A stretch of 64,000 nucleotides of DNA from Deltaproteobacteria bacterium (GTDB lineage Bacteria > Desulfobacterota_D > UBA1144 > Nemesobacterales > UBA2774), in NCBI GenBank assembly GCA_040223695.1, contig JAVKFU010000013.1:126641-190640 (forward strand), given 5' to 3'. Below are positions 10,206 through 22,049 of this stretch, one piece after another (within the stretch, counting starts at the first letter, position 1; the number at the start of each line of letters is the position of its first letter). The position numbers were made by a program, and so were the translations under genes. A model generated the notes under the pieces. It was given only the letters and a program-made list of their open reading frames with translations. It did no database searches and was not told the DNA's origin.

Positions 10206-10564
10206 CGAATCCAGTATTGAGATGAGATTTCTCCTTTTCTCTTTTCAGAAAGTTTTAGATTACTGGAAGAGGACTTATTGTCAATAATGTTAATATTGTC
10301 CGTATTAATCTTCCCGCTGCCCATGAAACCGCCGCCGGTAAATTTCCTCTTGCTTATGATTCTTTGCAGACTTTTTCTCATAAGTAGTATAAACTGTATA
10401 TAAATTTTCCATGATCGGCTAGCAAAATTCATATTTATGAAGTCATCTGTGTGTAGATCCAAATTTTCGGCGATATGATAAACATTGATAAATTATATTA
10501 ATTCTTTGTATAATAGTCTTAGCAAATAGTTTATTTATCAAAAACGTAGTAGGGGGTAAATCAA

Positions 10565-11122
10565 ATGGAGCAAGTATTGACGCTTGAAGAGGCTGCGCAA
10601 TATCTTAAAGTTGCAAAGCCTACTCTGTACAGATTACTTGAAGACGGCAAAATTCCCGCGTTCAAGGTCGGAAATCAATGGAGATTCACCAGAGAATTGA
10701 TCGACAAGTGGCTCTGGAATCAATTACCGAAGAAAAAAAGCGTGTTGGTCGTAGATGATGAGAAGTTAATATCGATGGACCTTAAAAAGATTATAACTTC
10801 TCAGGGTCACGATGTACTAACGATTCATAGTGGACTCGAAGCATCAAGAATAATCGAAGATATGAGCTTCGATCTTGTATTTCTTGACCTGATGTTACCG
10901 GATATAAACGGACTCGAAGTTCTGAAGGATATTAAGAAGTTGAGAAGTGATCTGCCTGTAGTAATTATTACAGGTTACCCGGACAGCGAGGTAATGAACC
11001 AGGCCCTTGAACTTGGGCCGATCTCAGCCCTGAAGAAACCGTTCAACAGGCAGCAGATTCGAGATTTGCTAAAAATATTACTCGCTCCTTCAGCCCGAAC
11101 GATGAGGGAAAAAGCCGGATAA
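10565..11122 (+). CDS. Response regulator with N-terminal excisionase-like HTH (HTH_17) and C-terminal receiver domain
   Basis: LTLEEAAQYLKVAKPTLYRLL...KVGNQWRF, followed by VLVVDDE, FLDLMLPD, IITGY and LKKPF. SD GGGGGT. Confidence 0.88.
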   Translation: MEQVLTLEEAAQYLKVAKPTLYRLLEDGKIPAFKVGNQWRFTRELIDKWLWNQLPKKKSVLVVDDEKLISMDLKKIITSQGHDVLTIHSGLEASRIIEDMSFDLVFLDLMLPDINGLEVLKDIKKLRSDLPVVIITGYPDSEVMNQALELGPISALKKPFNRQQIRDLLKILLAPSARTMREKAG

Positions 11123-11289
11123 TAAATAATATTCAGTTAAGGTACGTCAATAAGGCGTAAATATTATTGAGTGTAAATATGATCCGGTTCATATTGGACC
11201 GAATAATACATTTTCCAGCATTCATTTGTGAACAAATGAATGGAATATTTGCTGCCGAATTTGTACGAAGCTCGATCGGGAATCGACAG

Positions 11290-11440
11290 TATCGAAGCTT
11301 AAGGACATACTCTCTGTTCGGATAAGGGACCTGTTATTTAGCTTACCGCCGCCAGCCTGCCATAGGATCGGCAGAAAAAGACCTATTGGCTGCGCTTTGA
11401 AACCACCCGCCGCGGAGAACTCAGAGAGTCTCTTCGACAT
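11290..11440 (+). ncRNA. Candidate structured ncRNA (compact 6S RNA-like rod); strand uncertain
   Basis: Nested long-range complementarity seen by eye: 11292-11297 with 11432-11437, 11309-11316 with 11422-11429, 11353-11357 with 11388-11392, and 11362-11366 with 11382-11386, around an unpaired centre. Confidence 0.35.
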
Positions 11441-11597
11441 AGCGTTAAAAAGCACCCTTTTGAATACTGGATACATTGTCCAGCCCAAACCAGGCGATAG
11501 AAACCGATAAAATACGATGCTGCAATACTACTCAATAGCCTATGCCTTAAAAATTTGATAGAATTTTCTAAAAATCCGAGTATGGGGGTACGAAATT

Positions 11598-13073
11598 TTG
11601 AGCACTAAACTTAGAAAATACGGATTATTCATAAATGGGAAGGAAACAGACTCAGTATCGGGAAAAACCTATATAAGAGAAAATCCCGCAACGGAAGAAC
11701 CTTTTGCGGAAATTGCAGAAGCGCAAAAAGAGGACATTGATAAGGCGGTTAAAGCCGCACAGAGCGCATTTGATAAATGGTCAAAGAAACCTGTTTCCGA
11801 AAGGGTCCGACTAGTTCATAAAATTGCCGGGCTTCTTGAAAAACACGGGGAGGAAATCGCTCTGACCAATACGCTTGAAACGGGAAAACCTATACGTGAA
11901 AGCCGCCTCGTAGAGGTGGGGGGCTCGATAAGAACACTCGAATATTATGCCGGGGCAAGCGCCGGGTTGAACGGGGAAAGTATATCGATTTCCGAGAACC
12001 AGCTGACGGTTACGCTCAGGGAGCCTATCGGAGTCGCGGCACAGATTATTCCCTGGAATTTTCCACTTCTTCTGTCATTCTGGAAAATAGCCCCTGCTCT
12101 TGTGGCGGGCTGCACTATAGTTCTGAAACCGGCCGAATACACACCGTGCGGGATAATTGAGGCTGCGAGAATATTCACGGAAGCAGGACTGCCCGACGGC
12201 GTGTTTAACGTTGTACCCGGTGAAGGGGAAGTCGCGGGGCAGGCTTTGGTAGAGCATCCGGGTGTGGGGAAAATTGCGTTCACAGGCTCGACGGAAGTAG
12301 GAAAGATAGTAATGAATACCGCTTCCCAAACAATAAAGAGGGTGTCTCTCGAGCTTGGAGGCAAGGCGCCCTGTATAGTATTCGATGACGCGGATATAGA
12401 AAACACGATAGAGGCTACTCTCAGGGGAGGTTTTTTTAACCAAGGAGAGAACTGTACCGCTGTGACAAGACTGCTCCTGCACGAGGATATTTACGACAAA
12501 TTTCTTCCGCCTTTTATAGATAGAGTAAAAAAGATACGGATCGGCGACCCCACAAAGGACGACACGGAGCTCGGGTCCGTCATTTCGAGGGAGCATTTTG
12601 ACAGAGTCAAGTCTTATTTCCGAAAAGGCGTAAAAGAAGGGGGCCAGGTGCTAAACGGCGGGGGTCGTCCCGAAGAACTCAAGAAGGGTTATTTTTTCGA
12701 GCCCACGGTGCTGGCGGATGTAGAGCGCGATTCAACTATTGCATGCGAGGAAATTTTCGGCCCCATAGTAGCGGTTATTCCCTTCAGAACCGAGGAGGAG
12801 GCCGTCAGTATAGCGAACGACACCATTTACGGCCTTGCGGGGGGAATCTGGACTCAGGACATAAAAAGGGCCCTCAGGGTCGCAAAAGCCGTAAAAGCAG
12901 GCTACCTCTGGGTAAATACTTACGGAGGCATAGTCCCCGAGACCCCGTACGGGGGTTTCAAACAGAGCGGAGTAGGCAAGGAGCTTGGCTCCGCGGGACT
13001 TGACATGTATCTCGAAACAAAGGCGGTCAATATATTTATCGGGGATAAGATACCGGCATGGTACAAGGGTTAG
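11598..13073 (+). CDS. NAD-dependent aldehyde dehydrogenase (betaine/aryl aldehyde dehydrogenase-like)
   Basis: IIPWNFP, FTGSTEVG, ELGGKAP, catalytic Cys in NQGENCTA, EEIFGP, PYGGFKQSG. TTG start. Confidence 0.93.
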   Translation: MSTKLRKYGLFINGKETDSVSGKTYIRENPATEEPFAEIAEAQKEDIDKAVKAAQSAFDKWSKKPVSERVRLVHKIAGLLEKHGEEIALTNTLETGKPIRESRLVEVGGSIRTLEYYAGASAGLNGESISISENQLTVTLREPIGVAAQIIPWNFPLLLSFWKIAPALVAGCTIVLKPAEYTPCGIIEAARIFTEAGLPDGVFNVVPGEGEVAGQALVEHPGVGKIAFTGSTEVGKIVMNTASQTIKRVSLELGGKAPCIVFDDADIENTIEATLRGGFFNQGENCTAVTRLLLHEDIYDKFLPPFIDRVKKIRIGDPTKDDTELGSVISREHFDRVKSYFRKGVKEGGQVLNGGGRPEELKKGYFFEPTVLADVERDSTIACEEIFGPIVAVIPFRTEEEAVSIANDTIYGLAGGIWTQDIKRALRVAKAVKAGYLWVNTYGGIVPETPYGGFKQSGVGKELGSAGLDMYLETKAVNIFIGDKIPAWYKG

Positions 13074-13130
13074 ACAAGATCCACAAAGCGCTTACTGCAC
13101 CAATATATAGGAGAAATTTTGAAAATGCAG

Positions 13131-14615
13131 TTAGGGTAAATTAGTCGAGCCCATCAGATAGCGGTCGCATTCCCTTGCGGCCTCACGCCCTTCGTTTATA
13201 GCCCATACAATGAGACTCTGGCCGCGCCGCGCGTCACCCGCTGCAAATACGCCTTCTATATTTGTCGTATATTTTCCGTATTCAGCCTTCGCATTGGAGC
13301 GTTCGTCACTCTCGACATTCATCTGCTCCAGAAGATAAGCTTCAGGACCGAGAAACCCGAGCGCAAGCAATACAAGCTGCGCCGGCCATACCTTTTCGGT
13401 CCCCGGCACCTCCCTGAAAGAGGGGCGTCCGTTATCCCCTTTTTGCCACTCTATCTCTATTGTATGTAACTCCTTAACGTTTCCATGGCTATCGCCGACG
13501 AATTTTTTTGTCAGCACCTGATACCTTCTCGGGTCTTCCCCGAAAACGGACATGGCTTCTTCCTGTCCGTAACTGAGCGTATAGACCCTCGGCCACTGCG
13601 GCCAGGGATTATCGAGCGCCCGTTCGAGCGGCGGCCTCGGCAGGATTTCGAATTGAAGCAAGCTCCTGCAAACGTGACGCATTGCGGTGGCGACACAGTC
13701 GGTACCCGTATCACCGCCGCCGAGCACAATCACGTCTTTGTCTTTAGCGGATATGTAGTTTCCGTCTTCAAGATTGCTGTCAAGCAAACTTTTCGTATTT
13801 GCTTTGAGATATTCCATGGCGAAGTGAATTCCGCCCAGCTCCCTGCCCTCCACCGGAAGGTCGCGCGGTTTTGTAGCGCCGGTGCAAATCACCACGGCGT
13901 CATACTCGTTCGTTAGCTTGTCCGCCGGGTAATCCCTGCCTATCTCCGTTTCGGTGACAAACTTTACTCCTTCCTCGGCCAGAAGATCCACCCTGCGCTG
14001 GACGATCGCCTTGTCAAGATGAGGATTGGGGATACCGTACATCAGAAGTCCGCCTATTCTATCGTCCCTCTCATAAACCGTAACTGAGTGCCCAGCCTTA
14101 TTCAGCTGTGCGGCGCAGGAAAGACCGGCGGGCCCCGAACCTACAATAGCAACCTTTTTCCCGGTCCTCGTCTCGGGAATCTCGGGACGGACCCACCCTT
14201 CTTCAAATCCCTTGTCTATTATAGCGCACTCTATTGTTTTGATAGTAACGGCGGGCTCGTTAATGCCCAGCACACATGACCCCTCACATGGCGCGGGACA
14301 GACCCTGCCCGTAAATTCGGGGAAATTATTGGTTTTATGAAGACGCTCCAGCGCTTCTTTCCATAAGCCCCTGTATACGAGATCGTTCCATTCGGGAATA
14401 AGATTATAAACGGGACAGCCGGACGTCGAACCGTTCAGCATAGTCCCGGTCTGACAAAACGGAATACCGCAATCCATGCACCTTGATCCCTGAACTTTCA
14501 ACTTTACTTCCGGCAGGTGTTTATGAAACTCCTTCCAGTCCTTTATACGCACGGAAGGTGAACGATCAGGCTCAAGCTCTCTATCATGTTCCATAAAACC
14601 AGTGGGGTCACCCAT
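13131..14615 (-). CDS. gltD: Glutamate synthase small subunit
   Basis: [53 protein letters not shown]. Confidence 0.97.
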   Translation of the reverse strand: MGDPTGFMEHDRELEPDRSPSVRIKDWKEFHKHLPEVKLKVQGSRCMDCGIPFCQTGTMLNGSTSGCPVYNLIPEWNDLVYRGLWKEALERLHKTNNFPEFTGRVCPAPCEGSCVLGINEPAVTIKTIECAIIDKGFEEGWVRPEIPETRTGKKVAIVGSGPAGLSCAAQLNKAGHSVTVYERDDRIGGLLMYGIPNPHLDKAIVQRRVDLLAEEGVKFVTETEIGRDYPADKLTNEYDAVVICTGATKPRDLPVEGRELGGIHFAMEYLKANTKSLLDSNLEDGNYISAKDKDVIVLGGGDTGTDCVATAMRHVCRSLLQFEILPRPPLERALDNPWPQWPRVYTLSYGQEEAMSVFGEDPRRYQVLTKKFVGDSHGNVKELHTIEIEWQKGDNGRPSFREVPGTEKVWPAQLVLLALGFLGPEAYLLEQMNVESDERSNAKAEYGKYTTNIEGVFAAGDARRGQSLIVWAINEGREAARECDRYLMGSTNLP

Positions 14616-14688
14616 TAAACTTCCTCCAGTTAATTGTTCGATCCGATTTTGTGGAGATCAAATAATCATTAGTATGGTTAAGGGAGAA

Positions 14689-17600
14689 TTAATTGCCGCT
14701 GACTCGGGCCAGGTCTCTTTTATTTTCTTCAAATGCAGCCATAAGAGCCTCATCCCCGCTAAGACCGGTTTCCTGCACCTTCTTGATGGCTTCAAGCATT
14801 CTCTTATAGTCCTTGGGCATTACTTTTACAAATTGACTGGATATCTGCACCCAGCGTGCAAGAATCTCTCTACCTCTTTCACTGTGTGTATATTCAACAT
14901 GCCTTTTTATCATATCCTTGATTTCTTCTGTATCTTCCTGGTCGGGGGTATCGAGGTCCACCATCTCATGATTGCACAGTATCGGGAAATTACCCTTTTC
15001 ATCCAGAACGTAAGCTATTCCACCCGACATGCCCGCCGCAAAATTCCTGCCTGCCGGGCCGAGCACAACTACACGCCCCCCGGTCATATATTCACAGGCG
15101 TGATCGCCTACTCCCTCAACGACAGCCCTCACTCCGCTGTTGCGCACACAGAACCGCTCTCCGGCCTTGCCCTTGATATACGCCTCGCCGCCTGTGGCGC
15201 CGTAAAACGCTACGTTTCCTATGATAATATTTTCTTCGGCTTTAAATGTGGATCCTTTCGGCGGATATACGATTATCTTTCCGCCGGAAAGCCCCTTGCC
15301 AATATAATCGTTGGAATCCCCTTCCAGTATCATTGTCATAGGTTTGGGTACGAAAGCCCCGAAACTCTGACCAGCGGACCCGTTGAAGTGGAGGCGTACC
15401 GTGTCCTCGGGCAGACCTTCTGAACCGTACCTTCTCGTGAGCTCGCTCCCCAGTATAGTTCCAACGGTCCTGTTAACATTTTTTATCGGTATTATGGCCT
15501 CTATAGGTTCTCCCTTCTCGATCGCCGGTTTGCAGATTTCTAGCAGGACCTTGTTATCGAGCGCTTCAGTGAGCCCATGGTCCTGCTCCATTTGAGAGTA
15601 CCTGCCCCAATCCGAAGGCACATCGGGCTGATACAGGATATCGGATAAATCGAGTCCCTTCGCTTTCCAGTGATCTACTACCTTCCTCATCTCGAGCTTG
15701 TCGGTTCTTCCGATCATTTCATTTATTGTTCTGAATCCGAGCTGAGCCATAATTTCTCTCACCTCTTCCGCAATAAACCGCATGAAATTGACCACATGGC
15801 CCGGGTCGCCCGTGAACTTTTTACGCAGCTCCGGGTTTTGAGTCGCCACTCCCACGGGACAGGTATCGAGGTGGCACACGCGCATCATAATGCACCCGAG
15901 GACGATCAGCGGAGCTGTGGAGAATCCGAATTCTTCTGCGCCGAAGAGCGCCGCAATTACAACGTCTCGCCCGGTTTTCATCTGACCGTCGGTTTCGAGA
16001 ACAACCCTGCTCCTCAGATTGTTCACAAGCAGGGTCTGATGAGTTTCCGCGAGCCCGAGTTCCCAGGGAAGACCGGCGTGCTGAATGCTGGTTTGAGGTG
16101 ACGCTCCGGTGCCCCCGTCGTAACCGCTTATAAGAATTACATCCGCATGCCCCTTTGCCACGCCAGCCGCTATAGTGCCCACACCGACCTCAGACACGAG
16201 CTTGACGTTTATTCGCGCCTTATGATTCGCGTTTTTAAGGTCATGAATAAGCTCGGCCAGATCCTCGATTGAGTAAATATCGTGATGAGGCGGCGGCGAA
16301 ATCAATCCGACTCCCGGAGTTGAAAGCCTGACTTTAGCTATCCAGGGGTATACCTTCTTACCCGGAAGCTGCCCGCCCTCACCCGGTTTCGCACCCTGGG
16401 CAATCTTGATTTGAATCTCCTCCGAGTTGACAAGATACTCGCTTGTTACTCCGAACCTTCCGGATGCCACCTGCTTGATCGCGCTCTTTCTGGAATCCCC
16501 GTTTGAATCCATTGAATACCGCGCCGGGTCTTCTCCACCCTCCCCCGTATTACTCTTTCCGCCGATTCTGTTCATGGCGATGGCAAGGCCCTCGTGGGCT
16601 TCCTTGCTTATCGCGCCATACGACATAGCGCCTGTTTTAAAACGCTTGCAGATAGATTCAACGGACTCGACTTCATCAAGCGGAATAGGGGTCGGTTCGA
16701 ATTTAAGATCCAGCAGGCCTCTTAAAGTGCATAGCTGTTTGGATTCGTCGTTTACAAGACTTGAAAATTTCTTAAAGCTTTCATAACTATCGGAACGGCA
16801 CGCGTTCTGGAGCATATGAACGCTTCTGGGATTAAATGCATGATGCTCTCCCCCGGGACGCCACTGATAAATTCCTCCAACATCGAGAGTATCCGTTTCT
16901 ACATCGCGCTCGGGGAAAGCCACTTCGTGCCTCATCCGTATCTCTTCGGTAATTATCTCAATCCCGGCGCCTTTAATTCTCGTAGGGGTCCACGTGAAAT
17001 ATTTGTCCACAAACTCGTGGTTAAGACCTATAGCCTCGAATATTTGAGCGCCGTGATAGCTCTGCACGGCTGAAATGCCGATTTTGGACATCGTTTTTAC
17101 AACGCCCTTTACAATGCTCTTTATATAGTTCTTTACGGCTGTTTTTTTATCTATATCCTCTAACATCCCCTCGTCTATCATATCGCCGAGCGTCTCGTAC
17201 GCAAGGTAGGGATTTATCGCGCTTACTCCGTACCCTATAAGGAGAGCGAAGTGATGCACCTCTCGAGGCTCGCCCGACTCAAGGATCAAGGCTACTTTAA
17301 GCCTGTTTCCGTTTCTTATAAGGTGATGATGCAGGCCCGAAGAAGCCAGAAGCGCGGGAATGGGAGCCCTGTTTTTATCAAAACCCCTGTCGGAAAGGAT
17401 TATCAAATTCGCTCCTTCGGAAATTGCCCTATCAGCCTCTTCAAATAAATTCTCAAGCGCATTTTCAAGCCCTTCGCTGCCGCCGGACGGATCAAATAGA
17501 ATCGGCAGGGTAACGGACTTAAAGTCTTCGTTATCAAGTGCCCTTATTCGTTCCAGCTGTTTATTGGTCAGTATCGGGCTGTCTAGCTCGATCATGCGGC

Positions 17601-19293
17601 AGTTCTCAGGCTGCGGGTCGAGTATGTTACGCTCGAGGCCTATCGTAACGGCTGTTGCCGTGATGAGTTCCTCTCTAATAGCGTCGATTGCGGGGTTAGT
17701 GACCTGAGCGAACAACTGCTTGAAATACTCATAGAGGAGTCTGGGCTTGCTTGACAGAACCGCAACCGGGGTGTCTTTTCCCATCGATCCCAGAGGCTCA
17801 ACGGCGTTACTTGCCATGGGCCCCATAATTATTCTCAGGTCCTCAAACGTATAGCCGAAAGTTCTTTGTCTTTTCAGTATCTGTTCATGACTGAATTCCC
17901 TGATTTCCACTTCTTCATCAGGGTCGGGTATATCGGCAAGGTTTACCAGATTATCGTTCAGCCACTTCCTGTAGGGTTTTTCCCCGGCAAGCTTGTTCTT
18001 AAGCTCCTCATCCTCGACTATCCGCCCTTCCTCGGTGTCGATTAAAAACATCCTGCCCGGCTGAAGTCTGCCCTTTTGCAGTATCATATCGGCCGGAACC
18101 TCCAGCACTCCGACCTCAGAGCCCATAATTACGAGGTCGTCCTTGGTCACATAATAACGGGAGGGACGTAGTCCGTTCCTGTCCAGAACCGCGCCTACTT
18201 TGGTGCCGTCTGTGAAAGCGATCGAGGCAGGTCCGTCCCACGGTTCCATGAGACAGCTGTGATATTCGTAAAAAGCCTTCTTCTCATCGCTCATAGTCTC
18301 ATGGTTAGACCACGGCTCGGGGATCATCATCATTACAGCGTGCTCAATGGGGCGTCCGGCAAGAGTCAGGAACTCAACGCAGTTGTCGAAATTAGCCGAG
18401 TCGCTGCCGTCGGGCTGAATAATCGGAAATGTTTTTTCCAGCTCATCTCCGAATAAATCCGAGGAAAGAACGGCTTCACGCGCGTGCATCCAGTTAATAT
18501 TGCCTCTTAATGTATTTATCTCGCCGTTGTGGATTATATATCGGTAGGGGTGTGAGCGGTCCCAGCTCGGAAATGTGTTGGTACTGAAACGCGAGTGGAC
18601 GAGCGCTATGGCCGATTCCATATCCTCGTCATTTAATTCAGGGTAGTATTCTTCGAGCTGCCATGTAGTCAGCATTCCCTTATAAACAACCGTTTTGTTC
18701 GAAAGACTCGTAATATAGAAATACTCGCCTCCATTAATGCCGGAAAACCGTATTTCATTCTCGGCGCGTTTTCTTATTATATAAAGCTTACGCTCAAAAT
18801 CCATATCATCCGCAAGCTCGGGCCTCCGGTATATAAAAATCTGCTTTATATACGGCTCGCAGCTTTTAGCAGTATGACCCAGAGACGAATTATCGGTAGG
18901 AACATCCCGCCAGCCTATTACGGACAATCCTTCTTCCTTTATAATCTTCTCAAAAGTATTTATGCAATCTTTTCTGTCGGCGGCATTCGGCGAGAGAAAA
19001 ATTATGCCGGTTCCATATTCTTCCGAAGATGGTAGCGAGATTCCCGCCTCTTCAGCAACCTTTTTAAAGAATTTATGGGGCTTTTGCATCAGAATTCCGG
19101 CTCCGTCGCCGGTGTTTTCCTCGCACCCGCATGCACCCCGGTGCTGGAGATTTTTGAGCACAGTAATAGCGTTTTTTACTATATCGTACGACTTTTTACC
19201 TTTAATATTGACAACAAACCCTATACCACACGAATCGTGCTCAAACTGTGGGTCGTAAAGACCCTGTTTTGTCGGATATCCAACGGGCTTCAT
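14689..19293 (-). CDS. gltB: Glutamate synthase large subunit
   Basis: EHDSCGIGF (Ntn Cys), [46 protein letters not shown]-terminal domain; 1534 aa. Confidence 0.98.
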   Translation of the reverse strand: MKPVGYPTKQGLYDPQFEHDSCGIGFVVNIKGKKSYDIVKNAITVLKNLQHRGACGCEENTGDGAGILMQKPHKFFKKVAEEAGISLPSSEEYGTGIIFLSPNAADRKDCINTFEKIIKEEGLSVIGWRDVPTDNSSLGHTAKSCEPYIKQIFIYRRPELADDMDFERKLYIIRKRAENEIRFSGINGGEYFYITSLSNKTVVYKGMLTTWQLEEYYPELNDEDMESAIALVHSRFSTNTFPSWDRSHPYRYIIHNGEINTLRGNINWMHAREAVLSSDLFGDELEKTFPIIQPDGSDSANFDNCVEFLTLAGRPIEHAVMMMIPEPWSNHETMSDEKKAFYEYHSCLMEPWDGPASIAFTDGTKVGAVLDRNGLRPSRYYVTKDDLVIMGSEVGVLEVPADMILQKGRLQPGRMFLIDTEEGRIVEDEELKNKLAGEKPYRKWLNDNLVNLADIPDPDEEVEIREFSHEQILKRQRTFGYTFEDLRIIMGPMASNAVEPLGSMGKDTPVAVLSSKPRLLYEYFKQLFAQVTNPAIDAIREELITATAVTIGLERNILDPQPENCRMIELDSPILTNKQLERIRALDNEDFKSVTLPILFDPSGGSEGLENALENLFEEADRAISEGANLIILSDRGFDKNRAPIPALLASSGLHHHLIRNGNRLKVALILESGEPREVHHFALLIGYGVSAINPYLAYETLGDMIDEGMLEDIDKKTAVKNYIKSIVKGVVKTMSKIGISAVQSYHGAQIFEAIGLNHEFVDKYFTWTPTRIKGAGIEIITEEIRMRHEVAFPERDVETDTLDVGGIYQWRPGGEHHAFNPRSVHMLQNACRSDSYESFKKFSSLVNDESKQLCTLRGLLDLKFEPTPIPLDEVESVESICKRFKTGAMSYGAISKEAHEGLAIAMNRIGGKSNTGEGGEDPARYSMDSNGDSRKSAIKQVASGRFGVTSEYLVNSEEIQIKIAQGAKPGEGGQLPGKKVYPWIAKVRLSTPGVGLISPPPHHDIYSIEDLAELIHDLKNANHKARINVKLVSEVGVGTIAAGVAKGHADVILISGYDGGTGASPQTSIQHAGLPWELGLAETHQTLLVNNLRSRVVLETDGQMKTGRDVVIAALFGAEEFGFSTAPLIVLGCIMMRVCHLDTCPVGVATQNPELRKKFTGDPGHVVNFMRFIAEEVREIMAQLGFRTINEMIGRTDKLEMRKVVDHWKAKGLDLSDILYQPDVPSDWGRYSQMEQDHGLTEALDNKVLLEICKPAIEKGEPIEAIIPIKNVNRTVGTILGSELTRRYGSEGLPEDTVRLHFNGSAGQSFGAFVPKPMTMILEGDSNDYIGKGLSGGKIIVYPPKGSTFKAEENIIIGNVAFYGATGGEAYIKGKAGERFCVRNSGVRAVVEGVGDHACEYMTGGRVVVLGPAGRNFAAGMSGGIAYVLDEKGNFPILCNHEMVDLDTPDQEDTEEIKDMIKRHVEYTHSERGREILARWVQISSQFVKVMPKDYKRMLEAIKKVQETGLSGDEALMAAFEENKRDLARVSGN

Positions 19294-19493
19294 AACAACA
19301 CCTTCCTACCGCTCTAGTATATAAGAATTAAATAAGTTTAATTAAAAGGACTGGCCCTAAATCAGGGCCTAATAGCCCCCTCAATTATGTTAGATGAAAA
19401 AAACCGCAAGTCAACACGGGATAATTTACTCACCGACCCCTGCAGCGCAGTATACCATAAAAACTAATAAGGCGCATTATAGAGCCGTACCGG

Positions 19494-21233
19494 TTACTCT
19501 CTGTACAAATTGGTGATTGGAAAGCGGCGGTCTTTGCCAAATGCCCTGGGGGTTATCTTGATGCCCGGAGGAGCTTGTCTTCTTTTATATTCGTTGCTAT
19601 CGACCATTCTTATAACCTTCTTTACAACGGCTTCCTTAAATCCGAGTGAAACAATCTCCCCGACGCTGAGGTCATCTTCAACGTATGCCTTCAATATGGG
19701 ATCCAGAACTTCATACGGAGGCAGCGAATCCGTATCCAGCTGATCGGGCCTGAGTTCGGCCGAGGGGGGCTTGTGTAAAATCGATACCGGTATCATTTCC
19801 TTATTCTTCGATGAATTGTAGTACTCGGAAAGTTTGTAAACCATAGTTTTCGGCACGTCCTTAATTACCGCAAACCCGCCTGCCATATCACCGTATAGCG
19901 TACAGTACCCAACGCTCATCTCGCTCTTGTTGCCAGTGGTGAGAACAAGCCAGCCGAATTTGTTGGATAGCGCCATGAGAATATTGCCTCTAATTCGAGC
20001 CTGGAGGTTTTCTTCCGTACTGTCCTGTTTCGTTCCCGAAAACACTTCGTCAAGCATATCGGCAAAGGCGCCGAATGCTTTCTCTATCGGTATCCTGATA
20101 ACCTCTATCCCAAGATTTTTCGATAATTTCCGGGAGTCTTTTATACTGCCTTCCGAGCTGTATCTGGAAGGCATCATTACACCTATAACGTTATCTTTTC
20201 CGAGGGCTTCCCTGGCCACCGCGGAGACGAGCGCCGAATCGATTCCGCCGCTCAATCCGATCACAGCCTTTTTAAAACCGTTTTTAGTTACATAGTCCCG
20301 TGTTCCTAAAACAAGCGCATTGAAAATCTCCTCCTCTACTGTGAAAAAATCCTCGGTCTTGGGCTTTATTCCGGATTTACGGGCTTTTTTATTTTTCTTT
20401 ACCTCGATATTTATTACTTCCGCTTTCTCCTCGTGAACTTTGAGAACAAGCTGCTCCTTTCTCCTTCTGGGATCGTGGATTCGGGATCTGAAAACCCTGT
20501 TGATGTTAATATCGGAAACAATCATATCTTCCTCAAACCCTTTCGCCCTTGCGAGTATTTCACCGCGTTCACTCACAACGACGCTGTGGCCGTCAAACAA
20601 AAGCTCATCCTGCCCCCCGACGAGGTTACAAAAAGCGACAATTACGGAATAGTCCTTAGCCCTTGTTATTAGCATCTGCTCTCTTGCCCTTACCTTGGAA
20701 GAGTAATAGGGGGAGGAGGAAATATTTATTATTAACTGGGCGCCGCCGTTAAGCGACTGGCTTCTGGCCGGATCCCCGGGATACCAAATATCCTCGCAAA
20801 CGTTCACGCCGAATATCAATTTGCCCATCTTATAGACAGGCGCTCTCACACCTGACTGAAAATACCTGTTTTCATCAAACACACCATAGTTGGGGAGATA
20901 ATGCTTTCGATAAATATCTACTATTCTCCCGTTGTGCAACACTGCGGCCGCGTTATAGATATCTTCTCCCCTGTCGGCAAAACCCACCACAACCACAAGC
21001 CCTTCTGAAGACTTTCTTACTTCCTCAAGCGCATTCAGGTTATCGCTTAAGAATTTCGGCTTGAGAAGAAGATCCTCGGGGGGGTAACCGGTTATCGCGA
21101 GCTCCGGAAAGCACAGGATGTCCACATCCGACTCTTTGGCAGATTTTATGTGCCCGAGGATCTTATCGAGATTACCCCAGATATCCCCTACACTTACATT
21201 TATTTGCGCAAGACCGATCCTGAACGTATCCAT
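19494..21233 (-). CDS. nadE: Glutamine-dependent NAD+ synthetase
   Basis: Nitrilase domain (FPEL, YRKHYLPNY, VCEDIW) followed by synthetase domain (GLSGGIDSA, TGNKSE, SAELRPDQ). Confidence 0.96.
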   Translation of the reverse strand: MDTFRIGLAQINVSVGDIWGNLDKILGHIKSAKESDVDILCFPELAITGYPPEDLLLKPKFLSDNLNALEEVRKSSEGLVVVVGFADRGEDIYNAAAVLHNGRIVDIYRKHYLPNYGVFDENRYFQSGVRAPVYKMGKLIFGVNVCEDIWYPGDPARSQSLNGGAQLIINISSSPYYSSKVRAREQMLITRAKDYSVIVAFCNLVGGQDELLFDGHSVVVSERGEILARAKGFEEDMIVSDININRVFRSRIHDPRRRKEQLVLKVHEEKAEVINIEVKKNKKARKSGIKPKTEDFFTVEEEIFNALVLGTRDYVTKNGFKKAVIGLSGGIDSALVSAVAREALGKDNVIGVMMPSRYSSEGSIKDSRKLSKNLGIEVIRIPIEKAFGAFADMLDEVFSGTKQDSTEENLQARIRGNILMALSNKFGWLVLTTGNKSEMSVGYCTLYGDMAGGFAVIKDVPKTMVYKLSEYYNSSKNKEMIPVSILHKPPSAELRPDQLDTDSLPPYEVLDPILKAYVEDDLSVGEIVSLGFKEAVVKKVIRMVDSNEYKRRQAPPGIKITPRAFGKDRRFPITNLYRE

Positions 21234-21370
21234 ATCGCTCCCTTAACAGAAATTATAATACTCAAAGAAGTAAAATAATTACAGTAAATTAACCAATGCC
21301 TGTGAGAACGTATAATTCCCGCGCTCTGTAAAACCGCTCTTGAGCCGCGGCAGACGAAACTACATTTTCA

Positions 21371-21982
21371 CTACGACAGGCCGACCGAGATATGAACGAG
21401 ATTGGCAAGGAAATGAAACAGTATGCTTGCCCAAAGGGTGCCTGTAACGTAATACAGGTATCCCATTACGAGCGAGGGAAAGAAGGTGAGCACAGCTTGG
21501 GAACACACGGCCAGGCCGTGTCCTCCGCCCAGGCAGAGCGTGACAAAATGCCCGAGGGCGAAGAGGAGACTCACAATTATTATGCCTTTTATGCTGTTCC
21601 CGATTTTTTGCTGAAGGTAACCCCTGAAGAACACCTCTTCGGGCAAAGCGACGAGAAAGAGCTGCAGGAGAATGAATGAAAAAGAAAGATTATTTAAAGT
21701 GAGCGTTTTTCCGTAAAAAAAACCGTATGCGGCTAATACAGCGAGATAAATAAGTAAAATAACCGCCGACACCGCGACTCCGAGTAGCACCCCCCTCAAA
21801 TCCCACCCGAGATCGTTCATATCAGCTTTGAGAACTAGGGGAATTGAGAGCATCAAAAGCGCTGAAACGGAAATTACGTATTGCCAGGGTAAAAATAGAT
21901 TCAGAGTGAAGACAATTGAAATCAGCAGGGCGTAGAAGAATAAAGGAACCAGGTACTTACTTGTCTTGTAATCTGTTTTCAT
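21371..21982 (-). CDS. CPBP (Abi/Rce1-like) glutamic intramembrane protease, myxosortase-like
   Basis: QLFLVALPEEVFFRGYLQ, LLFALGH, TFFPSLVMGYL and FHFLAN motifs. Family assignment is confident; the subfamily is by recalled resemblance. Confidence 0.85.
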   Translation of the reverse strand: MKTDYKTSKYLVPLFFYALLISIVFTLNLFLPWQYVISVSALLMLSIPLVLKADMNDLGWDLRGVLLGVAVSAVILLIYLAVLAAYGFFYGKTLTLNNLSFSFILLQLFLVALPEEVFFRGYLQQKIGNSIKGIIIVSLLFALGHFVTLCLGGGHGLAVCSQAVLTFFPSLVMGYLYYVTGTLWASILFHFLANLVHISVGLS

Positions 21983-22049
21983 TTAGAGGGTGCTGAAATG
22001 AGCGATTTGAATATTTACAGCGTAAAAATACATAACCGGCTCATTCCGG

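Noticed and set aside
10151-10462. 103-aa ORF upstream of bioB as a possible frameshifted extension
   Set aside because: It is in a different frame from bioB, is not protein-like, and covers the promoter region; bioB is already complete.
10565-10720. Excisionase-like HTH as a mobile element marker
   Set aside because: It is fused to a receiver domain, and there is no integrase or att site in the vicinity.
11222-11488. 88-aa minus-strand ORF in the regulator-aldH gap
   Set aside because: TTG start, no SD and no motif; it overlaps the candidate structured RNA.
21296-21365. CGTATAAT...ACTAC resembling a purine riboswitch, or a riboswitch upstream of nadE
   Set aside because: The conserved ATATGG, GTTTCTACC and CCGTAAA elements are missing. 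The small hairpin plus U run fits a terminator for the CPBP gene better.
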